Positions 1 to 7,302 of a stretch of 64,000 bases of DNA are shown piece by piece. The DNA comes from Gemmatimonadales bacterium (lineage in GTDB: Bacteria; Gemmatimonadota; Gemmatimonadetes; Gemmatimonadales; GWC2-71-9), in the NCBI GenBank assembly GCA_011772755.1, contig WVYX01000293.1, positions 58,949 to 122,948 of the forward strand, written 5' to 3'. Position numbers and translations under genes: made by a program. Numbering within the stretch: the first letter of the stretch is position 1; every line of letters starts with the position of its first letter. The notes beneath the pieces are model-generated. The model saw nothing but the letters and a program-made list of their open reading frames with translations. It was not told where the DNA came from and searched no databases.

Positions 1-66
1 GATTAGCCAGATGATCGCTGAGACGGCGGTAAGCCTGAAGGACAGGCCAGGAATGCTACGCCTCAT
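1..66 (-). CDS. 5' end (22 codons, MRRSIPGLSFRLTAVSAIIWLI...) of a gene running off the left edge
   Basis: ATG at 66 with GGAGGAGG (rc of 72-79) 5 nt upstream; hydrophobic N-terminus; too short to name. Confidence 0.35.
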   Translation of the reverse strand, partial: MRRSIPGLSFRLTAVSAIIWLI

Positions 67-177
67 TTGAACCTCCTCCCCAGCGCCACCGCCCTCAGGC
101 GTCCGGGTGGGGGCCTTCAGGGCGGCCGTGGGACCAACAGGCCAGCGATGCTATCTGCCCTGCTCATGCCGCCGGCT

Positions 178-260
178 CGGCGGTCTCGGGGTCGGAGGGG
201 CGTGGGACTGAAGCGTCTCTTCGGCAGCGGGATCGCCGTCGCAATCGGCGAGCGGGCAAT
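178..260. repeat. Conserved non-coding block X, copy 1 (partner 16079-16160)
   Basis: ~83 nt aligns by eye at roughly 85% identity with 16079-16160; both copies lie upstream of minus-strand gene starts (66 and 16046). Confidence 0.7.
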
Positions 261-295
261 TGTGCCGTGTTAAACCTGCAGCGAAGCAGCCGGGA

Positions 296-342
296 CCGTT
301 AGGCCCTTTTGGGGGCACGAGGTGCCAGGATTGGGACATTGG
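296..342. repeat. Conserved non-coding block Y, copy 1 (partner 2071-2117)
   Basis: 47 nt, 43/47 identical to 2071-2117 (CCGKTAGGCCCTTTTGGGGGCACRAGGTGYCRGGATTGGGACATTGG). Confidence 0.75.
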
Positions 343-536
343 CACAGGGTCTGCAGATGAGCGTGGCTGGCTGTCTTGCGAGGGGTCTTGTCGGGTTTTG
401 AGGTCAGCGTAGCCCGGAGGCCGGCGGCTCGGAGCAAGGAGGGCAGGTCCGCTATGCAAGGAACACCTCGTGCTGCGCACACCCGCCTGCGTGGCGGGTG
501 TATCGCAGCTTCATCGTCGCCGCCGATCCGCCCCCA

Positions 537-1844
537 TTAGAACCCAAAGAAGATCATGCCCCCACCGCCGCCCATGCGTGGGTTGACGACATTCGCGAAC
601 TTGGAGCCGAACCGATAGCTGAAGCTGATGTTGGCGAAATAGTAGAAGGCGGTTTCGAACTGCCGGGTGCGGAGCAGACGTTCTTCCGGAGTCAAGCCGG
701 CTCCCGAAAGGAACAGTTGGTCTTTGATGCGGGATGCCCCGCCGAACATGTGGAAGTTGAGCCCGCGGAACAGGCGAATGGTGAACCCGCCGAACAGGTC
801 GATACGGTGCCTTTCTAGGTCGTGGAGGAATTGAGATGCGTCGAGCGAGGCGTTGATGTCGCCCCAGGGCTGTTGGATGCCGACGCTGACCTGAGCATTG
901 TGTATTGGCCGGACCTCCGAAGTCTTGTCGAATACCGTTACCTCCGTGTAGTTGAACGCTGCCACCCCGACCCGGTATTGGAACGTAAGCTGGCGCCGGG
1001 TCGACTCCGCATACGGATAGAGGTTGTACTCGAGCGCTGGGCCCGCTCGGACCGCTAGATCCTGGTTCACGAAGGTGTGCTTCAGCGCCGATGCCCGAAT
1101 GCCGGCAGCCCAATGGTCGCCAATGCTCCACACGGCCAGCCCCGAGAAGCTGTACCGCTGCTGCTCGTTGACGAACGTGGTGTCCAGCTCCGGAACATCG
1201 GTTGCATCCCGGCTATATCGGCCGGAAATGGAGAAGTCGAGCTTGAGGTCCTCGGCCGTACGGTTTGCCGATATCGATCCGTTTCCCGAGAAGTAACGCC
1301 ACTCGCTCTCACCGTTGAGGTTGCTGCCCACGCGGACCGTAAACACCCACAGGTTCCACGGATCCTCTACCGGGCCGGCCGGAGCTGCGACGGCGGGCGC
1401 CTCATACAGGATCCTGAGGCGCTCAGCGATGGGTGTCCCGGCCAGGTAGGGGATGAGCCCTAGTGTTACGGTTCGTACGAGGCCGGCGCGAACCTCCGTC
1501 TGTGTGTCCGTGTTGCTCGATACGTATACCAGGGTATCGACCCGCCCCGCGAACTGCTCCAGGCCGATGAAGGTTAGCGTGTGCTCCATTCCCCCGCCGC
1601 CGGTGCGCTGTGCCGTGCCCAGGATGTGCAGCTGTGCGTCCTGTCGGTCCCGCATCCAGTTCACGTACGGTATCTCGCGTCGGAAGTGGTCGAAGTCGCA
1701 GTGGAAGGTCTGGCAATCCAGGAACACCCGCAGGGCCTCTGTCGCTTGGGCTTGCTGCTGTGCCGGTTCTTGGGCCGCCGTCGCGGTCAGAGGTAGTGCG
1801 CACGCAATGCAGGCCGCGCTGAGCCGGAGAGCGTGTCGTTTCAT
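537..1844 (-). CDS. Putative outer-membrane beta-barrel protein (family not recognised)
   Basis: ORF 537..1985 trimmed to ATG 1844 (MKRHALRLSAACIACALPLTATAAQ signal peptide); C-terminal ...MIFFGF aromatic terminus typical of OM barrels. Confidence 0.7.
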   Translation of the reverse strand: MKRHALRLSAACIACALPLTATAAQEPAQQQAQATEALRVFLDCQTFHCDFDHFRREIPYVNWMRDRQDAQLHILGTAQRTGGGGMEHTLTFIGLEQFAGRVDTLVYVSSNTDTQTEVRAGLVRTVTLGLIPYLAGTPIAERLRILYEAPAVAAPAGPVEDPWNLWVFTVRVGSNLNGESEWRYFSGNGSISANRTAEDLKLDFSISGRYSRDATDVPELDTTFVNEQQRYSFSGLAVWSIGDHWAAGIRASALKHTFVNQDLAVRAGPALEYNLYPYAESTRRQLTFQYRVGVAAFNYTEVTVFDKTSEVRPIHNAQVSVGIQQPWGDINASLDASQFLHDLERHRIDLFGGFTIRLFRGLNFHMFGGASRIKDQLFLSGAGLTPEERLLRTRQFETAFYYFANISFSYRFGSKFANVVNPRMGGGGGMIFFGF

Positions 1845-2070
1845 GGGATCCTCGCCTGGTAGCGTCGAGCGGACGTTGTCGGTCCTTGAATGCCCGCGAA
1901 CGGCCAAACCCCTGGGGCCGTGACGGGCAACGGCTTCCGTGGTCCCGGTCCGGTCGTCGGCGTAGACGGTGGGAGGCGGCGTCACCCGGGCGGCGCGCCG
2001 TAGAAGCGATCAGGTGACGCTGGAGAGCTACGTCCGGCGCACTGCCCAAGATGCCCGAGGGGCTATAACA

Positions 2071-2117
2071 CCGGTAGGCCCTTTTGGGGGCACAAGGTGT
2101 CGGGATTGGGACATTGG
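2071..2117. repeat. Conserved non-coding block Y, copy 2
   Basis: See 296-342; lies ~227 nt upstream of the OMP ATG (1844) and ~140 nt downstream of the propeller stop (2257). Confidence 0.75.
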
Positions 2118-2256
2118 GTGTCCCGAGATCTCAGCCCATCACCGCCGCGGGCCCGACTGAGCGTGTACGCCTGGGTGTGGGCTGCCGCCGAGCGGCTGGC
2201 AACCGGACGGTCAGCGCGTAGGGCGGGGTGCTTCACGAACCCTCAACCCGGCCCTC

Positions 2257-3441
2257 TCACTCACCGTCCGGCTCACCACCAGATTCGGCTTGATCAGCTA
2301 CCCGGTATACGTCTATCGAGGACTGTCCTTCAAAGGTGGGCTCCTCACGTTGCACGAGGGCCGCCAGCAGAGGTAGCCGGATCGCCAGAGCCCGCACCTG
2401 GTGCGCCACTGCCACAGTACCGAGGAACGAGCCGCCGGAGGCGAACACGTCTAATTCCGTGCTGTCCCTCCCCCCACGCAGGGTGGCAATCCACAACCTG
2501 CCGAGTTCATCAGACGCGAAAGATGGAATGAGGAAGTGCGGCTTCGGTGCACGCAGGGCCTCGTTCATCATGTCCCGCACTTCTGGTGGTGGGGTGTACC
2601 CCGCCTGGGATAGCATGCGCTTGAACGCCGCCTCCATCTCGCGAATCTCGTCAGGCGTTCGCAACTGGCGCTCCACATCAGACCGGCCGAACGTGCGTCT
2701 GACAACACCGTCCATATCGATCTCTACGATGCGATACTCGTTCGGCTGGGCGAACACGTAGGTGTGCCAGCCCACGCGGGCCGCTGCGAGATAGGGCGAC
2801 GGCGCGGGCGAGCCAGGCAACCGGGCCGCGAGGCCCGAATCGGCCCCAAAGACCGTGAAAGCCGGGGCTGCGGTCCCTGTCTCGAGATCAACGTACCCTA
2901 CTGTGGGGTCTGCCAAGCCTGGTCCCAGGCCCGCCCACATTGCGACGACTCCGTGTCCTTCCCATCCGAGCAGATGAAGCGGAGAGCCCGGCAGACGAAC
3001 GGAGCGCAGGAACCGGAGGTCGGGTCCGAAATGAGACACGCGGGATAGCAGCACGTCTCCCACCGCGAGTTCGCCCCGCTCGTTGCTCAGCAAGGTCAGG
3101 GCACCCCCGAATTCACCCGGACCGCCGCCCTTCCTGCCCACCCGGCGTAGCTCAGTGCCATCCAGATCAAAGATGACCGCTTGCTGATCATCGATGTCGA
3201 GGATCGCCAATGTCGAATCGCTGAGCCACGCCATGGCTGGCGCCGCCCTGAAGTCCACAGGACCGACGACGGTGGCACCGGCGCTTCGCAGGGGCTGGAG
3301 CAGCACGCTTGTCTGGTCTGTCGCCCGGCTCTCCCTATTCCCCCCATCTCCGTTTCCCGTAAAGCCTAGCGCCGCCACTGCCGCGAGGGAGACCAGCCAA
3401 CGGCTCACCTCGCGCCTCGGTAGACACATACAGGGGAACAT
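2257..3441 (-). CDS. 6-bladed beta-propeller family protein (signal-anchored)
   Basis: 394 aa; GRKGGGPGEF motif and repeated hydrophobic-D-x-x-G blades; paralogous to 14075..15385 and 43551..44417; GAGGAA SD 8 nt upstream of ATG 3441. Confidence 0.8.
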   Translation of the reverse strand: MFPCMCLPRREVSRWLVSLAAVAALGFTGNGDGGNRESRATDQTSVLLQPLRSAGATVVGPVDFRAAPAMAWLSDSTLAILDIDDQQAVIFDLDGTELRRVGRKGGGPGEFGGALTLLSNERGELAVGDVLLSRVSHFGPDLRFLRSVRLPGSPLHLLGWEGHGVVAMWAGLGPGLADPTVGYVDLETGTAAPAFTVFGADSGLAARLPGSPAPSPYLAAARVGWHTYVFAQPNEYRIVEIDMDGVVRRTFGRSDVERQLRTPDEIREMEAAFKRMLSQAGYTPPPEVRDMMNEALRAPKPHFLIPSFASDELGRLWIATLRGGRDSTELDVFASGGSFLGTVAVAHQVRALAIRLPLLAALVQREEPTFEGQSSIDVYRVADQAESGGEPDGE

Positions 3442-3459
3442 CCTATTCCTCGCAGCTAG

Positions 3460-3681
3460 TTACCTGGGGAACGACTTGGCAATCTCGCACCCTTTCAGGC
3501 AGCCCTCGAACGCGGGCACGCAGTAGCCGCCCCATCCCAGCAGGCCGCAGGCGACAAAGCCGGCCACGCAGGTAGCCTCGCATAGACCGGTCGCCGCCGC
3601 CGCCTCAGTGGGCCGAGGGTTGACAGCGGCCAACAACTGAAGCGTGACCGCAACCACAATGACTCGCAAGATCCGCCTCAC
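3460..3681 (-). CDS. Secreted six-cysteine mini-protein A (73 aa precursor, ~45 aa mature)
   Basis: GTG start with AAGGAGG 5 nt upstream; signal MRRILRVIVVAVTLQLLAAVNPRPTEA|A; mature part C-x3-C-x6-C-x8-C-x6-C-x3-C. Confidence 0.75.
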   Translation of the reverse strand: MRRILRVIVVAVTLQLLAAVNPRPTEAAAATGLCEATCVAGFVACGLLGWGGYCVPAFEGCLKGCEIAKSFPR

Positions 3682-3724
3682 TGTAACCTCCTTCGTGGAA
3701 TCGTTGCTCCCTCTCAGCAGGCGG

Positions 3725-3943
3725 TTAGGAGAAAGCTTTACACGAGAAGATGCATGACGCCTGATAGATACTGCACGCGATCACATCGTTGTACCTCGGC
3801 ATGCACTCGTAGGCCGTCGCTAGCGTGCAACCCACTAAGCAAAAGTCAATGATGGGGATTGCCTCGCTCCTCTTGACAGGTGTGCTGGCAAGCAGCAACA
3901 GCAATGCAGCCGAAACCCTAATGAAGTTCTTGAAACGAGCCAT
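3725..3943 (-). CDS. Secreted six-cysteine mini-protein B (72 aa precursor, ~44 aa mature)
   Basis: ATG with GAAGGAGG 5 nt upstream; signal MARFKNFIRVSAALLLLLASTPVKRSEA|I; mature part C-x3-C-x7-C-x9-C-x6-C-x3-C; visibly lower GC. Confidence 0.75.
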   Translation of the reverse strand: MARFKNFIRVSAALLLLLASTPVKRSEAIPIIDFCLVGCTLATAYECMPRYNDVIACSIYQASCIFSCKAFS

Positions 3944-3996
3944 CCGGCCCTCCTTCCGCGCTGTCCCAGCGCAGCTTGAAGTGGAACTCGTGGGTA

Positions 3997-4572
3997 CTAG
4001 TCCCCCTCTCTGCTTACGCGCTCCAGCGCGACTTGAGCCAAGGCGGCGGCTTCAGCGTGCAACAGCCCCATGTGGCGAAACCACACTCGGTCGTCTCGGC
4101 CGATCACGAGTGTCGTGGGCACGACCCGGGTTCCCAAGGAACTCCAAAGAGCCGTCGGTTCTTCGACCTTGAGCACAGGTATCGGTGCAGGTTCGAAGTA
4201 CTCCGCCACCGACCCGGTCAGTCTCTGAGGGGTGAGCGCCACGCTCTCGACACCGCGGGACCGGGCTGTGCTCGCCAGCGCAATCCAGCCCTCCTTCTGG
4301 GCGTCGCACACCGGACAGTCAGTTCGGAATACCATGACCAGGTAGGCGCCTGAGTCTGCATCGTCGAACAGGCGCGCCCGTGCTGACTGCTCATCCACCA
4401 CGTTCACGGGGACCACCGCAGGCTGTAGCTCCGGCAGGGATGCGCCTGCCTGCCGGGCGTTGTCGTCCCGAGAAATGAACATCCACACAGCGACAACGAG
4501 AGCGCCGAGCGTCGCCACGTCGATCACACGCCCGAGCTGTGCGCGGAGGCTGTGCGGGATTGTCCCAGTCAT
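3997..4572 (-). CDS. Membrane-anchored TlpA/ResA-like thiol-disulfide oxidoreductase (thioredoxin fold)
   Basis: N-terminal TM helix (VIDVATLGALVVAVWMFI), CPVC active-site motif, cis-Pro-type VPTTLVI; GAGGA SD upstream. Confidence 0.8.
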   Translation of the reverse strand: MTGTIPHSLRAQLGRVIDVATLGALVVAVWMFISRDDNARQAGASLPELQPAVVPVNVVDEQSARARLFDDADSGAYLVMVFRTDCPVCDAQKEGWIALASTARSRGVESVALTPQRLTGSVAEYFEPAPIPVLKVEEPTALWSSLGTRVVPTTLVIGRDDRVWFRHMGLLHAEAAALAQVALERVSREGD

Positions 4573-4595
4573 TGGTGGAGATCCTCAGTCCGCGA

Positions 4596-5114
4596 TCACC
4601 GCTTCGTGTCGCTCATGATGACAAACGCCTTTTCCGCCGGGCCGGCCCCAATGAGAATCCGCTTCTGGCCGCCGCGCTCCAGCTGGACCATCTGCAGCGG
4701 TGCAATCGGTGATATCTCAGGGGACGGAACCCGGCTCCAGCCCTCGGCGAGGCTTTTCTCGATCACCTGCTGCATCAGCACTGCCGCATCGTCCACATCC
4801 TGCCATTGGACCTGCGACAACGATTCCCCCTCATATGTCCACGATGTGACATAGACGGCCACATCCGGTATGAAGGGCGCATCCGCCGGATAGCCGTCGG
4901 GTCGCTCTCCCGCCGGCTCCCACAGCGTCATGTTCAGCCCAGCGGGATCGCCACTGCTCGGCTCGACCCGCAGCTCCACGCCGGGTTCCGGGTGCTTGGC
5001 GATGCGCAGGCGGCTTCCATCCGGTGCCGTGACCTCCCCTCCCTGGTCTGCGGCTTCCATGACGGCCTTCATGAACACTTGGAACCGCGTGAGCTGCTCT
5101 GGTGTCGCGTCCAT
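4596..5114 (-). CDS. Hypothetical cytoplasmic protein, first gene of the Cys-peptide operon
   Basis: 172-aa ORF with protein-like composition, AGGAAAG SD-like upstream, stop 23 nt before the next start; no family recognised. Confidence 0.6.
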   Translation of the reverse strand: MDATPEQLTRFQVFMKAVMEAADQGGEVTAPDGSRLRIAKHPEPGVELRVEPSSGDPAGLNMTLWEPAGERPDGYPADAPFIPDVAVYVTSWTYEGESLSQVQWQDVDDAAVLMQQVIEKSLAEGWSRVPSPEISPIAPLQMVQLERGGQKRILIGAGPAEKAFVIMSDTKR

Positions 5115-5504
5115 GGTTCACTTTCCTTTTCGGAGTGACGTACCGACTTCGCCTCCAGCTGCGTGTTTGTGTCGGAAGCGACAGAATGTTCCAGCCAATC
5201 TTGGTACGGCCTGATCCACCCTCGTGAATTCGGTTGTTGGATCGGCGACGTCTGCTCCGCTGATCATCGCAGCCATCGTGGCGTTCGGCTCACGGCATGA
5301 CCGCAGCACTGGCTTGGGTCGCTCTGGCCCTTGCTGGTTGGGCCTTCTTGGAGCTTCGTACGCCACCAAATCTTTTTCGAGGCCTCAACAATTCCTCAAC
5401 AGGTCGGCCCCTAACTTCAGCAGAGTCGTGCCGCTGGGGGAGTGGGTGCCGCCGCTGTGATGATTCCCGAATCTGCGTCGCGCACATCTGGGCGGCCGTG
5501 CAGC

Positions 5505-5524
5505 GGTGCGACAGGGGTCGCACC
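5505..5524 (-). terminator. Stem-loop downstream of the FN3 gene
   Basis: GGTGCGAC-AGGG-GTCGCACC, 8-bp perfect stem, 19 nt past stop 5543; no U-tract. Confidence 0.35.
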
Positions 5525-5542
5525 GGCGTATCTGCCGCTCTA

Positions 5543-6004
5543 TTAGTGGTATCCGTCGAACCGCTGTGGGCCTCGCCGACCCACCACCGCAGCGACGCCT
5601 ACAGTAAGTCCTGTAGGCGTCGCCGGCCTGGTTACACCTAATGCGTAACCAGACAGACTGCTTGAACCAGCGGAGTTGGTTGCCCTTACCTTGTAGTAAT
5701 ACGTCGTGCCGCTTGAAAGACCGGTATTCGTGTAGCTGGAATTACTTCCACTGTAAACCCGACTATATGTGCCCGTAGCACTGGTTGATCTATAGAGCTG
5801 ATAACTCGTGGCCCCCTTGGAAGGATTCCAGTCAATGAACAACGATGATGTTGTCGCTTTCCCTACTGTAAGACCCGTAGGTGTCGGTGGAGCAGTTCCA
5901 TCTGAAGTGATTGGCGGTTCTGCTATGGGACTGTCCTTACACCCATACAAAGTGGCGAGTCCTAATGCACCGGCCGCCGCAATTGCATGAAGCCCAGTTC
6001 TCAT
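5543..6004 (-). CDS. Fibronectin type III domain lipoprotein (second FN3 repeat truncated)
   Basis: MRTGLHAIAAAGALGLATLYGC lipobox; PPTPTGLTV...YYYKVRATNSAGSS is a classic FN3; alternative start at 6031; lower GC than flanks. Confidence 0.7.
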   Translation of the reverse strand: MRTGLHAIAAAGALGLATLYGCKDSPIAEPPITSDGTAPPTPTGLTVGKATTSSLFIDWNPSKGATSYQLYRSTSATGTYSRVYSGSNSSYTNTGLSSGTTYYYKVRATNSAGSSSLSGYALGVTRPATPTGLTVGVAAVVGRRGPQRFDGYH

Positions 6005-6151
6005 TCTCGCGGCCCAACCATGTCTGACCATACTTCTATTCGAGCTCTGTGTGTCTATCAGCTTTTGTTCCGCGGGACGGTCTCGGAATCGACCCCCCCA
6101 CACAGCCGGCGTCAACACCTGTTGTCATCGGTTCATGACTCCGCCCACCAA

Positions 6152-6919
6152 CTACCGATCCCCTGTTGCCCGTTGGCGGGCCGCCTCCAGCACTTCAGTG
6201 GCGTCCGTGAATAGGGAGTTGGGGAGATCCACGCGGTATGCCCTGAGAGTTATCAGGTCGGTAGTGGGATCCCGAGTCAGAGCATAGACCACTCCATTGT
6301 CTAGGGTGAAATCTCTCCAGGCGGCCGGGAAGACCGCCTTGGCCAGATAGACTCCGTCCTGGGAAAGAAAATGGAGCGTGGCGTTTCCAGAACCGAATTC
6401 ATCGGGATTTTGCTCGAGAAGCGCTGCGAGGCGACCGGAGGGATCGAACCGTAGTGGTCCGAAGCGGCACTTCACGCGCCATCTCTCCTCCATGACGATT
6501 ACGTACTGCTGCTCCAGTTCGGATATGCCCCCGCTGGTGGCCAGCCTGCGTCGCAGCTCAGAAAGGGCACGGTCTCGCTCAGTTTCCGATACTGCCTCAA
6601 CGGGGAGATCAATCCTACTATCCATCATGAGGCCGCCAGCCCGGTCGAAGACCTGGATCTGGGGAGTCGTCAACCGTAGACGAGCGGCACCCCCCGCCCA
6701 TGAGAAGAGATCGGGAGCGAGCGTGAGGGTAAACGTGGTTGTCTGTCCCGCTCCGGACTCGCCCGAGAAGACCGTGCGCTCCATGGAGGCCGTCCAGGTA
6801 CCGGACACGTCCACGGGAGCCGTGTCGTGCAACAGGTTGAGCTCCTCGCAACCGCACAGGGCGGCGGCGACCAAGGCGAGGAGTCCTGTCACGCTCCATC
6901 GTTGAAGTGAATGTCGCAT
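6152..6919 (-). CDS. Hypothetical lipoprotein
   Basis: MRHSLQRWSVTGLLALVAAALCGC lipobox; 255 aa; the C-terminal part resembles propeller blades (GVVYALTRD...). Confidence 0.65.
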   Translation of the reverse strand: MRHSLQRWSVTGLLALVAAALCGCEELNLLHDTAPVDVSGTWTASMERTVFSGESGAGQTTTFTLTLAPDLFSWAGGAARLRLTTPQIQVFDRAGGLMMDSRIDLPVEAVSETERDRALSELRRRLATSGGISELEQQYVIVMEERWRVKCRFGPLRFDPSGRLAALLEQNPDEFGSGNATLHFLSQDGVYLAKAVFPAAWRDFTLDNGVVYALTRDPTTDLITLRAYRVDLPNSLFTDATEVLEAARQRATGDR

Positions 6920-7302
6920 GACGCGCTCCCCTGCAAGCAGAAGGTACCGGATTCAATTCCGGCGGCTCTGGGATCGTCGTCGGGGTATGGCGTCCTACGG
7001 GGCGTCGTACAGCGGCGGCAGGCCGGGAAGGACCACCGGATTCTGTTGTTGGAACCATCTCCTTACACCGTTCATGAAATCCCATTGAACTGAGTATGAA
7101 GTCGGGTGCGCTTCACCATCTGCGACGGAACCGCAGTCCCAGCGCGTGCGACGCACCAAGAACGAGCCGTAACCCGTTGTCACCCTCAGATGAAGCGTAC
7201 ATCGTGACGATGTGACCGACTTCGGCCGGCCGTGAGACCCACGTGACGTCCTGTCACACAGATCGCCTTGGAATTCTCCGTGGCTGGAGCGGCCCTCCCG
7301 TC

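Noticed and set aside
340-355. Sigma-54-like promoter TGGCAC-N5-CTGCA on the plus strand inside block Y copy 1
   Set aside because: It is not conserved in copy 2 (TGGGTG...AGATC), and no credible plus-strand gene lies downstream.
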